Shown here one piece after another: positions 1-13,400 of a DNA stretch of 64,000 bases (positions are counted from its first letter, which is position 1; every line of letters starts with the position of its first letter). A program made the translations under genes and the position numbers. The DNA lies in the NCBI GenBank assembly GCA_963693365.1, contig CAVNZM010000011.1:7397921-7461920 (forward strand). Reading direction: 5' to 3'. The stretch is from Amoebidium appalachense (taxonomy: Eukaryota > Protista > Ichthyosporea). The notes under the pieces are model-generated. The model had not been told where the DNA came from and ran no database searches. It saw nothing but the letters and a program-made list of their open reading frames with translations.

Positions 1-1140
1 CAATCAGCCAGGGAGACGGTGGTGCCTGCAGGGATGGGGGTAGACTTGGACTTGGCATCGGTGAGGTTGAAGTCGTGGATGATATCCATGATGTAAGACC
101 TCTGGTGCATGTGGAGGTGATGGGGATCAGAGTGATTAAAATCAACACCGAGCATACGGTCAAATGGACTCATACGACAGCTGGCCATCTTGCTGATGTG
201 GGCAGCCAGGTCACTGGCAGCAGTAGAACCCCGGGTGTTGGTGATGGTGGAGTCATCGACGTAGTTACCAGCCCGTACCACATCGTTGTTGGGGAAGAAC
301 CGGAGGTAGATGCACGGGTCGGTCTTAGTACGGGTCAGGCCATGGGCAAGAAGAATGCCGTCGAGGAAGTCGTACCAAGCCTTGGAGGCTTGCTTGAGGC
401 CGTACAGGGCTTTCTTGAGTCTCCAGACCTTGCCAAGTGTGGCCATGGTGATGAATCCCGGGGGTTGTTTCATGTAGATGGTCTCGGTGAGTGGGCTGTT
501 GAGAAAGGCCGTAGACACGTCGAGTTGATGTATGTCATGACCTTCAACAACGGCCAGAGCTAGGATGGCACGGAGAGCAGCCGGACGGATGACAGGGCTC
601 TCAATCAACTCATAGTCAACACCGTATTGCTGACTGAAGCCTTGAGCAACACCACGTGCCTTGATCTTGGTGTCACCAGCCGAGTTGAGAGTTTTCTCGG
701 AGACAATCCACTTGAAGCCGACGATGTTAGCACCAGGGGGAGGGTCAACAAGTTCAAAGATGTCTTTGTCGACGAAGGCTTGATACTCAGCAGTCAGGGC
801 TGACTTGACCTGATCACCATTGGGTCCGGAACAGAGTTGACGGACAAGTTTGGGTAGTTGGTCGATGTTGATGGGGGGACCGGGGGGGACTGGCAGGGTG
901 GTGGTGGCTTGAAGTCCAACCTTGCCCTGGAGACGGGCAGAACGACGGGGTGCAGGAACCGGGGTAGGTGGAGACGGTGGGGGGGGAACTTGGAAGTTCG
1001 GAAGTGCAGGGGGGGCAACCTCCGGGCTGGACGGGGCCGAGTGGAAGTTGTCGGGGGAGCCGGGTCGGATGGGTGTGACGTTGCCAGGGGCAGGATGAGG
1101 GTCGGCAGGCTGGACGGGCACGGGGGCAGGGGGGCCGGTG
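1..1140 (-). CDS. Copia reverse transcriptase, in a different frame from the upstream ORF and truncated by the window edge
   Basis: Manual translation gives PRRSARL...IVGFKW...KIKARGVAQGFSQQYGVDY...HQLDVSTAFLN...IYMKQPPGF...LKKALYGLKQA...NYVDD. The frame change most plausibly falls in the G run at ~1140-1150. Confidence 0.9.
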
Positions 1141-3709
1141 GGGGGGGGGGTGTCGGGGGAACGACGATGGCAGGAGGGGGGCCAGAGTACACCAGACAAA
1201 CATCATCTTCAGTGTCAACTGTGGGGGGTGGGGTGGTCGAGGTAGCAGTGGTGTCGGGGGTCGGAAGGGTTGATGGAATGTCGGACGGGAGATAAGCTGA
1301 TTCGTCGAAAATCACATCACGGAAGAGGCCGACACGATGGGTGGTGGCATTGAAGATCCGGTGGCAGTGTGATTGAAGATCATAGCCGATATACATGCCG
1401 AGTTTGACGGTGGGGGCCAGCTTGTTCCGTTTAGAGGCTGGCACGTGAGTGTAGGCAGGGCAACCGAACACCTTGAGCTCGGAGATGTCGGGCTTGACAC
1501 CGTAGAAAACCTCGAATGGTGTACGACCATTGGCAGTCGTGGACGGGGTGACGTTGATGATGTAGGCGGCATGTTGGAGGGCCTCAGCCCACAGTTTGGG
1601 AGACAGAGACTGATCTTGGACTTGATGGAGGAGGCAACGGACAATCTCTTGGAGGAACCGCATACGTCGTTCAACATAGCCGTTCAGTTGAGGGCAGTCC
1701 ACCGGAGCATAGCTGGCCTTGATGCCCTGGGAGAGGCAAAAAGCACGGGTATCCTTGGAGGTGAACTCAGAGCCGGAGTCGAAGTGGTAAACACCAACTT
1801 TGGAGGGGGCATGGGTGGCAACGAGGTTGGTGTGAGCTGTGAGAATATCCAGGGTGGTGGTACGGTCGGCCATCGGGTAGATCTTGACGAGGCCAGAGGC
1901 ACGGCAGACAGTGACGAGAGCAACCTTGGAACCTCCGTACGATGTTGTGGTAGGCTCAAAAAAATCCCAATGCCATTCATGACCGGGGATGTTGGAGTGA
2001 GGACGGTCACCCCTGAACGGAGCCTTGGTGGTCTTACCCATAATGCAGCCATGACAATCAGGAACATCACAGTCGAGGACAGAGGAGGGGAGACCAATAA
2101 CAAGGTCGTGTTTCACCATGTCCTTGACGCTGGTCATAGCTCGGTGCCCCAGACGATGGTGCCAGATGGATGGGTTAACACTGGTAGTGGCAGCCAGAGC
2201 CACAGGACGAGTGGGTGGTTGAATGGTGTAGTCCTTGAAGTAATACAGACCGTTGTGTAGACGGAGGTTGACGAGATGACGGCCGGTGAGTCGGTCGAAG
2301 AGGAATGACGGAGTGGAGGCATCGTTCAAATCACCCTTGATGTATTCGGCAGCAGCTTGGGATGTTGAAATGAGGAAGGCGTGGCCAGACGGGGTGTAGT
2401 AGGCTTCAATGGTTAGGGTGGTAGTGCCATGGTCGGTGGTGGTGTTGATGACGATATGGCCGGTGTGAGTGGCCAAGACGGGGGTGCCATTGAAGGCAGC
2501 AACGGGAGTCGGTGTCGGAAGGGGAGTGAGGTCATGGAAGAACTCACGGGTGGGGCAAACAGTCATGTTGCACCCGGAATCCCAGGCAGGGTCGGAGGAC
2601 ACGGGGACGGAGCTAGCATTGTATGCCGAGAAAGCAAAGGAGACAGATTTCTCACTGCCTTGACGGGAACGGTTGTGTCTGGACATACGGCATTTCGGCT
2701 CAGGGCAATCGATGATCGTGTGATCAGGCTCGTGGCAGTAGGAGCATTCTTTCACGGACGGGGTGTTAGAACGAGCCGGGGAATCAGAACGACGGGAACC
2801 CGAGAAACGGGAACGACTGGGGGAACGAGACGTGGACCGGAAGGCAGGCCGGTGGGGGGAACGGGATCGGGTGTGCTGACGGGAGAGACGAGTTCGGAGG
2901 TCCGTGCCAGAGGTACGGTCAAGTCGGGTGCGTAAGTCACGGCGAGGAAGATCACGGGGGGGAGCACTGGCATTTAATGCCATGCTGGACTTGGAGGCAC
3001 GGTGGGCACGGTTGTTCCGGAGTTGCATCTTGAGGTCTTGACGTAACTCGATGCCCTTGACGTGGTTATGGAGGGACTCGAAGTCGGGGAATAGCTTATC
3101 ACCGAAGTGATAGTCTTCGATAAGACGATTGAACTCAGGGGTGAGGTCGTCTCTGGTGGTGAGTTCATTGAAGAACTTCTCAGCTAGACGAGTGAAGTGA
3201 ATGGACTCATCTTGGAGAGACTGGAGCTGGTTCACGATGGTCTGCAGACGGCTCAGGTAGGTGGTGAATGATTCACCGGGCTGAAGGGCACAGGCATCCC
3301 ACTGACGGTGAAGGATGCGGATCTGATCGGGTTTGCCTTGGAGATAGTGTTGACGGAATTTCCACATGGCCCGTTCAGGGTCCATGCCAATACGGTACTG
3401 GGCAACGGTGGTGAGGACGGAAGGGTCGATGTTCTGTATCATATGGAGCAGGAGGCAATTGCGGGCCTCTTTGAGTTCCGCGGTAGTGCCGTAGCCATAG
3501 AAGGGGGGTTCACCGTCAACCGCGACGGTGGTAGGGGGGACGTAGTTGTCAGCAAGGACAACATCCACGAGTCGGACACCTTTAGTGCCGGTCATCATGC
3601 CGAGAAAAATGATTTCCCATTGAAAATAGGTAGTTTTGCTATCGGGACCAGTCTTCCCTTCACCTTTCCACATGGTGATTTTGTTTACGCCAGTTTTGTT
3701 TGGATCCAT
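794..3709 (-). CDS. Copia Gag-protease-integrase polyprotein
   Basis: Zinc knuckle CSYCHEPDHTIIDC, protease AWDSGC, pre-integrase WHHRLGH...CHGC, integrase core HWDFF / HFDSGSEF / QLNGYVERRMR, GKGY-like region LGMYIGY. The translation after ~1140 is probably out of frame. Confidence 0.93.
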   Translation of the reverse strand: MDPNKTGVNKITMWKGEGKTGPDSKTTYFQWEIIFLGMMTGTKGVRLVDVVLADNYVPPTTVAVDGEPPFYGYGTTAELKEARNCLLLHMIQNIDPSVLTTVAQYRIGMDPERAMWKFRQHYLQGKPDQIRILHRQWDACALQPGESFTTYLSRLQTIVNQLQSLQDESIHFTRLAEKFFNELTTRDDLTPEFNRLIEDYHFGDKLFPDFESLHNHVKGIELRQDLKMQLRNNRAHRASKSSMALNASAPPRDLPRRDLRTRLDRTSGTDLRTRLSRQHTRSRSPHRPAFRSTSRSPSRSRFSGSRRSDSPARSNTPSVKECSYCHEPDHTIIDCPEPKCRMSRHNRSRQGSEKSVSFAFSAYNASSVPVSSDPAWDSGCNMTVCPTREFFHDLTPLPTPTPVAAFNGTPVLATHTGHIVINTTTDHGTTTLTIEAYYTPSGHAFLISTSQAAAEYIKGDLNDASTPSFLFDRLTGRHLVNLRLHNGLYYFKDYTIQPPTRPVALAATTSVNPSIWHHRLGHRAMTSVKDMVKHDLVIGLPSSVLDCDVPDCHGCIMGKTTKAPFRGDRPHSNIPGHEWHWDFFEPTTTSYGGSKVALVTVCRASGLVKIYPMADRTTTLDILTAHTNLVATHAPSKVGVYHFDSGSEFTSKDTRAFCLSQGIKASYAPVDCPQLNGYVERRMRFLQEIVRCLLHQVQDQSLSPKLWAEALQHAAYIINVTPSTTANGRTPFEVFYGVKPDISELKVFGCPAYTHVPASKRNKLAPTVKLGMYIGYDLQSHCHRIFNATTHRVGLFRDVIFDESAYLPSDIPSTLPTPDTTATSTTPPPTVDTEDDVCLVYSGPPPAIVVPPTPPPPPAPLPPCPSSLPTLILPLATSHPSDPAPPTTSTRPRPARRLPPLHFRTSKFPPHRLHLPRFLHPVVLPVSRARLDFKPPPPCQSPPVPPSTSTNYPNLSVNSVPDPMVIRSSQP

Positions 3710-3758
3710 GATTGAAAAACGAGCGCGAGTTCTAGATGTGTGTAGGGAGCGTGCAAAA

Positions 3759-3771
3759 GGGCTGCATAACC
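3759..3771 (-). promoter_or_regulatory. Primer-binding site of half-tRNA-iMet (hemivirus) type
   Basis: Minus strand reads ...TTTAACA|GGTTATGCAGCCC, resembling the Drosophila copia PBS GGTTATGGGCCC. The sequence is identical in copy 2 (62338-62350). Confidence 0.7.
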
Positions 3772-4706
3772 TGTTAAATTCTATAAGTATTTAGGATGTA
3801 AGCAGAGACACAGTGGTGCAGTGTGAAAACACCACAGACACACACAACAACAAAACACGGAACGATCGGAGCAGTGTACACAACAGACATCAATGTTTAG
3901 ACACGACTGAACTCAATTTATTTTGATCGCTAATAAATACCTGAAATTCCCTTAAGTTAAATCCATACATGATTTCCGACCAGTCGGAAATCAGATCTAT
4001 GTCTAAAATAACCAATCATAATTAACTGATTATTTCCCGGATAGATCCGGAGACGCGGGAACACACACCATAGGTCACAGCTATAAGAAAGAAAAGAGGT
4101 GAAGAGTAACGAGGAAAGAGGTGGTGTTTCTAACCTATCATCGGCTACAAAGACTCAGACATTTTCTGACTAAGTCCACTGATTGGATATAGTACGGCAA
4201 CACACAAAACAAAAGTGGTTGACTAAGCTATGAATCATACCTGACAAGCTAAAGTGTAACCTAAGTGTTTTTCTACCAATCAAAACATAACGAGTAATAT
4301 AAATCTACTCAACGTATATTAGTGAGAGAGAAATATAATTAAATGAAAGGAAACAAGAGAAGAAAGAAAGAGAAAAGAAAAGACGAAGAAAGAGGAAAAA
4401 GAAAAGAAAGCAGGACAGAAAACACGAACAGCAAAACACAGTTATAACCGAAGATATTCATGTACACATAACATGTACACGTGTCTCCCTCACTGGGTAG
4501 ACTCGTGTACCTATAATCAGTTGCTGTAATCGATATCTAAACACACGAATATAGCCGACACAACACGATTACAAGTACTCAAATACACTGGAGATCGATG
4601 TCATAATTTACGTACAAGGAGCACATCTTTTTCATTAAGTAAATGAATGAAAACATAACACGAACTGAGAAGATCTTACAATATGTAAATACTACGTATT
4701 ATAACA
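3772..4706 (-). repeat. 5' LTR (~935 bp) of copia copy 1
   Basis: Terminal inverted TGTTA/TAACA. Homology to 62351-63298 ends at this point. Confidence 0.8.
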
Positions 4707-5002
4707 GTTATTGCTTCCAGTTCTTAAGCATTTGTGTTACAACTACGAACTGTTACACCCTTCCTCACACTCATATACATACTTAAAGATAGCTCTTCCG
4801 AGGCTCATCACGCCTCACACTCATATACATACTTAAAGATAGCTCTTCCGAGGCTCATCACTAAGTTATTGTGCAATGGGCTTCAGAAGTCCAGGAGAGA
4901 TGTGCAGTGTATAGAGAGTAAGATGAACGGTTGACCTTCGTTCAATGGATTCTGAAGTTGTGTCACCACCAAGCAAGGTCCTTATAATTACTCAGTTCAA
5001 CA
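4707..5002 (-). mobile_element. Partial LTR of a second retroelement, interrupted by copia copy 1
   Basis: Begins TGTTGAAC on the minus strand at 5002 and contains a 48-bp direct repeat (4763-4810 / 4813-4860). Confidence 0.45.
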
Positions 5003-5208
5003 CATGATTTGGCTTACCTGTGATCCTGACTTCTTCAAGTTGGCAACCCTAGGCGTTGAATTCCTCGTCGTCTTACTCCCCTCGGTGCCGGTGGTCATGT
5101 CCGGATCCGGAATCACGAGTGGTGGCAATGTGCTCTGTCCACTGCCAGTCCAGCCAGTCTCCTCCTGTAGCAGTTGCATTAGCAGTTGCATTTGTAGCCC
5201 CTGATCAG

Positions 5209-5239
<31 letters not shown>

Positions 5240-5530
5240 AAGTGTAACGGTATCAGAGTATGGGTACGTCTATTGGCTATGGTAGTATACTCGATTTCAG
5301 CAACCCCCTTATACCCATATAAACACACAAACACCGTGATGCAGACACTGTCAGGCAGCATGAGATTCATGTGTATGTACCACAGTGTATAAAAGCTATA
5401 CTGCCGATATAGCTCCACGTATCCGACACCTACCTGGAGTGGACGTGAAGTTAACGGATGCCGGGACACAGGCAGTATCGAAGGCGCAAGGGCGCTCGAT
5501 GAAGCGTAGCGCGTTGAACCGCATGTGCAG
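5003..5530 (-). mobile_element. Possible third LTR-element remnant (LTR end, tRNA-Pro-like PBS, short truncated ORF)
   Basis: Minus strand ...CCGTTACA CTTAT TG(G)nCTGATCAGGG resembles an LTR end plus the PBS TGGGGGCTCGTCCGGG. The following ORF is cut at 5002. Confidence 0.3.
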
Positions 5531-6898
5531 AGGTTCATGGTTGCGGTAGAATAACCTTTCTTTTTTTTGACCTGTTCAATATGGCACGACATATAGGGAG
5601 CAGTGTTAATTGGGATGCGTCCTTTACATCTTCGCATTTAAACATTGCAACGGAGTACAGATCCCAAAATGTGTTTTGTCATGAACAGTCTCGGCTTACC
5701 ACCCCATCCACTCCCCCCCCTAGCATGCGCACTCCACTCCCTCCTAGGTGTCTCAGTGCTTTTGTGACTTAAACAAACTAATAATATACTATTAAGACCC
5801 CCCAATCATTATTGCCCATACACGCAAACAATACTACGCCTACCTCAGTTGTAATGAATCACGGGGAAGATTAATGATGCTGTCCCTGCACTGGTGCCGG
5901 CAAAACGTTTGTGCCGTCAGAAAAGACGTCTCTTCAACGAAGTGATGGATCACAAGCGTGAGGTCGAGGTCTACATCAGCAAAGGCCACCCACCCATCCA
6001 TTCGGTATCATTCGGGCATCATAGATATTAGAATGATAGTACCCATCCACGAACCCACCCTTCATCCAACACTATATCAGTCTGATACTCTTTTTGTTAA
6101 ATTCTAATATCTGGTTATTTTAAGGTATCATAGAATGGTATCCATGTCTAGATATCATTCTGATATTGGAATAGCCCCCGAAAAGCCTTTCTATGGAAGT
6201 GCACGAGCCACCTCCCTCCACAACTTTCTCTTTATCCCCCCCCCCCCCCCCCCCCCCCCGTTCATCTACTCACACCCCATTCATCCCTGCACCGTTTTGC
6301 ACGGTCTCGAAACAAACATAGCAGAATTTGTATATCCAACAGGTCCTTTTGTGTATATATTTGGAGATATCATTCAGATATCTAAATATATTTAGTTATC
6401 TAATATAGATATCCTAATAGATATGATACATGCATCCATGATGAGTGTAGGTAGTCCTCCGAGATTCGAATTCGAATGTACAATGATGTTTTTGATTGTA
6501 AGGCCTTCTCTATCCTTGCTACGAGTATCTAGGGAGCCATCCGGATGGGTCACGGATGAGCATATGCTTTGCCAGTGTTTCAACGATATAGGGAGCCATC
6601 CACCGATATTTTGGATGAGCATTTATAAAACAGGAAACTTGTTAGGTCTAGCCATCTGATTTATATAACAGATGAGCACTCAGGCTGTCACCTCCCCTTC
6701 AGGTCCCCCCCCCCCCCCACCCTCCCCCTTGTTATGCAAAGTTTAACTATGTGCGTACTTTTAAATATAATTTGAGTTTTGTCCTGTACCCACTCCTAGA
6801 GCTGCCCACCATTACAGATGCCTGTCTACCACAGAGCACTGATAATGTTGAACCAGGTAGGGGTGGTGGTGGGGATGGGTGTTGTGTTGGAAGGTTGG

Positions 6899-6932
<34 letters not shown>

Positions 6933-6940
6933 TGTACATA

Positions 6941-7476
6941 CACGTGAACTTTTGCCGCCAATCACTGCCCGAATGCCCTTCATGCTCAGGGAGCTGAACG
7001 TGCGGTTGAATGAGGCATGCCCATATGGGTCGCCAGTCAATGGATCGACGCTGTGCTTGCGGCCACAGGGAGCGCCATCCAAGAGAACCTCATCGAGCAG
7101 CGAATTCCACAGACGGCCACGCACATCGGCCGTGGGTGCCCATGTCATCAACTGCAAGGGACAGGAAAAGAGTGTGGGCGGGGAGTGAAAAGGTTAATGA
7201 TGAACCAAACACCTGGTATTTGTGCTAAATGGGAAGGGGTACAAAATCGGCAGAAATGACCTCGAGAGATTGATCACTGAGCAAGTAGAGAGTAGTGCAT
7301 GGGAGAAGAGGATTGGTTGGAAGTGAGGGGGGGAGGGGGAAGGGGGGGGGGGGGGGGGGGGAACACCAAAGCACAAATAATACAAAACCGAAAATACACT
7401 AGTCCTTTATCCAAAAGTTGAGTGTAATAGGGTAGGGTAAACGATGAAGGGATGAATGGGGTGTGAGATAGGATGA

Positions 7477-7512
<36 letters not shown>

Positions 7513-8600
7513 GAATGCGTTACAGAGTACGAAGTACACATACACGATGGAAAACGCAATGCAATGAATGGGGGGGGGGGGGGGGGGGTTCCAGAGAAAG
7601 TTGTGCAGGGAGGTGTCGCGTGCACTTCCATAGAAACAGCTTGTGTGTCTGTGTGTGTGTGTTTGGGGGGGGGGGGGGGGGGGGGAGACTTGCATCCAAA
7701 TTGTCGGTGCCTGGGACCACATAGTACTTGCTCAAGAAGGTGCGAATGTGCCCATGCAGCGTGGACCTGACCGTGGTGAGGCCAGTGCGGATGTGGGTGA
7801 CCTGCTTCTTCTGGTCAGACTTGCGAGCTGCGTTGTGCAGAGCATTGCACCATGCCTCCTTGGCCGCCGCGGGGATGCGGTCGAAGTTGACGGGGTCAAT
7901 CAGCTGGATGGTGGAAAGGACAGCGGCGGCCAAATCGCGGTCGTTCTCGTCGTTAATGTGCGGCGTCTCGAGCAGCATGCGCTGCCATAAAACGTCGGTC
8001 TTGGTTCTGGACATGACGTTGTTGGCCTGAAGGAAACAACAACATGTAACAAAGGCCGTTGCGTTCCAAAATACCAAGCAATCAAAACGGATGAGCTATT
8101 GTGTTTTTAGCGCTTGTGTTGATTGATTGGAAAAAAACTAGCATCTAAATAGCACTGTACCCTGGTCCATTTATTCAATTGAACATACCATCATGATGCA
8201 AGGCAAACATTATATCTTTTGTGGCAATAAATTACTTCCTCAAGTGTGTATACAAATAATGAGCTTCAGATCAAGAAAACAAATTCTTAAACATAGAAAA
8301 TGGTTACAAACGAGTGTACAGGAGGTTATGGATAGGGTGTGCGTGTGCGTCTGTGTGCTTTCGTGTGTTGGTGTGTGTATGCTGTTTGAGGTTGGGCCTT
8401 TTTGTTTGTTTTCTCCTTTTGTTTCCGATAGGGGAAAGGGAGATACGGGGGAAGGGAGGGGGGGGGGGGGGGGGGGGGGGAGACATACACACCACTCTAA
8501 GCCCTGCTTGAATGACATGGGGCTGTTCTCCTGGCTGTTGCTGTCATCTTCTTGGGGGTCCTCCTCGTCGATGGGGTCCGGGCTGGCAGAACCGGTATAT
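6941..8600 (-). CDS. Spliced gene or pseudogene fragments of unknown function
   Basis: Coding-like exons at ~8494-8600 (DPIDEEDPQEDDSNSQENSPMSFKQGLE), ~7690-8026 (ANNVMSRTKTDVLWQRMLLE...FLSKYYVVPG) and ~6941-7153 (LMTWAPTADVRGRLWNSLLDEVLL...). The last two are preceded by CAG acceptors. No recognisable motif. Confidence 0.45.
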
Positions 8601-8837
8601 CCAACAGGTAGTAGTACAATAGCCTAGGCCTAAGTGACTGCTTTCGACTGTCTGTTGTCTGTCCAACTCACCGTACTCAGCCTGCCAGCCTCACTGACTG
8701 AGAAACAACTACCACTAACTTACACAAGCCGGTGATGAGATAAAAAGGAGCACATATCACCTGACAAATGAATCCCGACACATAAGAGCATACCATTATC
8801 TCCCATTAGGTAGACACGTACAACGCAAAGGCACATA

Positions 8838-9885
<1,048 letters not shown>

Positions 9886-10799
9886 GTAGACACAGAGTTA
9901 GCCTAACGTGCCCTCACCCCATCCTTTGTATATAGGAGTGGGGAAACTGTGTTTGTTCACCCAAGCCGTCCACCAATGAAAACCTCAACTGGTACTGCAC
10001 AATTCTGTGACGTAGGTTTACGACCAATGAAATTTGCATCTGCCAGTGGCACAAATCCTTGCCATAAGCAAACCTGTTGATTGGTGCATTTTCCCAATCC
10101 TCATTCCTATTGGTAGCCGAAGAACTTCCAGAATCATAATGTAACTCTTCAAGTTTCCATCGTACGGGACATTACCGGGTATATAGTGCTTATTGTAACC
10201 ATTATGTGGACAATTTGGGTAAATGAAAAACGTGCATATATAAGTTATAGGGCACACCTAGATGCATGCCACGTACATACACGAATACACCGTGACCACC
10301 ATGGTTCCTCGTGGCTTAGCCGCCATGCACGCACGCGTCCCCCCCCCCCCCCCCCCCCCCCCCCCCTGCTCCGCCTGCCTCCCCCTCTCCCCCGCCGTCC
10401 CGCACACGCGGACCCACCGCCCGCAGCAGTGTCTGTTAGCTTTAAGCACGCCATGTGCATACGTGCATGTGACATACACGCACACCCATACTGCTGTGCC
10501 CGCCACGCCAGGCTCCTGTGCCCACCTGCACGCCAGCCTCCCGGCCTCCTGCGCACGCGGACCCACCGCCCCGCAGCAGTGTTGTTAGCTTTAAACACAA
10601 CACATGCATATTCACATATAATTACCCAGAAACCTGGGTAGTTTTGACTGTTTGGAGTTTATTCCGTCACCCTTCTCTCTGTTACAAACTGATATTTCTT
10701 CTGGGTGAATCTGGGTAGTAAAATAGCCATATATATATATATATGTTCTGCATTGGCAAAACTCCGAGTCTGTGTTAAAAAATCGATTGGAGAAGTCTC

Positions 10800-11990
10800 A
10801 CGGTGTGGTGAAGCCGCAGCCATAGCAACCTGGTGACGTCACGCAATACAGCAGCGGTGCGCAACAGGAATGCGGATAGTGTGTGGGAAAAGGCGCACGT
10901 ACAGCAACGCAATGGCAGCAACCGACAAAACGTGACGTCAGGAGAGCAGGGTAAAACGACAAGCACGCTTCCGTAAAATTACACGACGGAAAATAGGCAG
11001 CACTACAGCAAGTAAAATTAAACATGCAAATAACAAAAATAGCGCAGAAAACAACGGAGAATCTTAAATGCAAAACACTAAGAACAGCAACAACAACGCA
11101 TGCACCAGCGAAGCACAACCCAAAAGCAGCTAAGCCAGCGAAAGTGCACAGAAAACACTGGAATGACAAGGGTCCCGGGACACGATTGGTGAACAGAAAA
11201 AGCAACTTAAAATAGATCTACGCCGCAATGATTGGTGGCACACAGAGTTCCGAGCCACGGCCTGGCCAAAAGAGCGACCGCGCTGATTGGTTATAATACA
11301 CGATAGCAAGTGGCGTCCGACTGGCTTGTGGCGAGGAGGGTAAAGGTGTAAACCTTTTTCCGATGATGTAGGTCGCAGAAAAGCAGAGGGGGAAAAGAAA
11401 AAAAAAAAAGAAAGCGATAAAAAAAGAGACGAAAAACGACAACAAAAATAAACAGTAAAGAATAGTAACACAAAAGCAAAGCACGAAAAAGGCGCACGCA
11501 AGCGTTTCTCTGCAGGGCAATGCACACACGGGAAGTGCAAGAGGGTGTATGCGTACCAAAAGTGTGCTGTGCACGCTGAAGCAGAGGTGCTTACGAAAGC
11601 GGGTAACAAAGACAGAAAAATAATAAAAATAATAAAGGAACATGCATTGCCAAGACACAAGAGGAAACTTTGAAGAAAGAAGCATAGAGAGGGAACACAA
11701 AGTGGTAAGCGGCTAGCGGGCGCACACACACCCGGGGCCCATAACGGGCAAGCGCGAGCCAACTAGCAGCGCCGGAATAGGTCGGCGAACTGGCGAAACG
11801 ACGCGAGCAGAGCAAAACCAGGGAAACGTGCCTGGGTTGAAACCCATAAGCCAAGAGGTCTTCAACCGTTACAGGAAGGAACAAACTCTGCTACCATGCC
11901 TAAGCTAGTGGTACGTGGGACTAAGGAACAAGAGGGAAAAAAGGGGAGCGAGGCACTTAGTGTGAGGGACGGTGACGGGACACACACAGA
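10800..11990 (-). mobile_element. Possible non-coding retroelement remnant (LTR/leader-like)
   Basis: A-rich plus strand like the copia LTRs, free of microsatellites, with a PBS-like GTTATGGGCCCC on the minus strand at ~11734-11745. No TSD found. Confidence 0.25.
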
Positions 11991-12109
11991 GCTGCCGAGA
12001 GTCTGTATTGGGCCTGTGCAAGTTGTGAGAGCGATGGCCAATCTGGCTGCCGTGAGCCGGGTGCGCCTGCCTATACCCCAGTCCGGGCAAGGTCACGTGA
12101 TCTCGCTCG

Positions 12110-12196
12110 GGCAGGAGTGATAATCCGACAAAATGCCAAAACCGACAAAATCGACCGAAAGGGCGGTGGTGGTGGTGGTGGTGGTGGTGGTGGCCG

Positions 12197-12232
<36 letters not shown>

Positions 12233-12296
12233 AAAGGAAAACCCAATAAAATATGTCACAGGGTGTGGGGTGCATGGAGGGAAAGGGCGCGGGGGT

Positions 12297-12339
<43 letters not shown>

Positions 12340-12450
12340 AGCACCTGCTGTGCCTGCTCGAGCTGCTGCTTGAGCTGGGCTGTGCCTGCTCGAGCTGCTG
12401 CTTGAGCTGGGCTATGGCCTCCGGATCGGCATTCTCCTGCGTGTTGTGTT

Positions 12451-12481
<31 letters not shown>

Positions 12482-13140
12482 GGGGGAGGGGGAGGCATAA
12501 GACACGGGGGAGTGATAATCGGATTGATAATCCGACATTATGCGTGTCCAAATTATGCGTGTACAAGCACAGGACATGCCTACAAGAAGACTTTCTATCA
12601 TGAAGGAAAAATTGACACAAACTTTGATTAGAGGGCAAAAGGCGGGGGGGAGGGGGAGGGGGGAGGAGGGGACTGTGCACCTGCTCCAGCTGCGTAAGCA
12701 GCTTGCAAGCTGTGTCCTCCTGTGCTGCACAAGCCCTTGCCAGGATCTCCTCTGTATTAGCCTTCTCCTGTGTGTGGGGTTGTGTATGTGGGGGGGGGGA
12801 GGCATAAGACACTGCCAGTGGGGAGTGATAATCGGAGTGATAATCCGACATATACGTGTCCAAAGTATGCGTGTACAAGCACAGGACACTGCATACAAGA
12901 AAACATGCCCTCATGAAGGAAAAATTGACAAAATAGAGGGAAGGGGCGGGGGGATGGTGGTGGTGGGGGGGGGGGGGGGGGGGGGGGGGGGACTGCACCC
13001 GCTGCGCCTGCTCGACCTGCTGCTATAGCCGTGTGGCTTCGTTCTGCCCGGGCCATTTCCTCCTTGGTGGCCTCCTCTGCTTGGGCCTTCTCGTGTGTGT
13101 TGTGTTGTGTGTGTGTGTGTGGGGGGGGGGGGGGGCATGA
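12110..13140 (-). repeat. Three tandem intron+exon units encoding short coiled-coil-like peptides
   Basis: Shared blocks GAGTGATAATC..CCGACA, CATGAAGGAAAAATTGACA and GGCATAAGACAC. Exon-like peptides ENADPEAIAQLKQQLEQAQ, EKANTEEILARACAAQEDTACKLLTQLEQ and EKAQAEEATKEEMARAE. Confidence 0.65.
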
Positions 13141-13254
13141 AACACGGGGGTCTCTCCTGTGTGTGTATGTGTGTGCGTGCGTGTGTGCCAGTGCGTGTGT
13201 GTGTCACACGTCCACGGTGTGTGTTGGTGTATTCACAGTCATGGTGAGTGCCAG

Positions 13255-13400
<146 letters not shown>

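Larger units (their letters stand above)
1..4706 (-). mobile_element. Ty1/copia LTR retrotransposon (5' LTR, PBS, gag-pol; runs off the window start)
   Basis: Copia domain order gag-PR-IN-RT. The LTR is bounded by TGTTA...TAACA and followed directly by a PBS. A homologous second copy lies at 61941-63298. Confidence 0.93.

Noticed and set aside
75-3715. Plus-strand ORFs over the copia element
   Set aside because: Antisense shadows of gag-pol with no motifs of their own.
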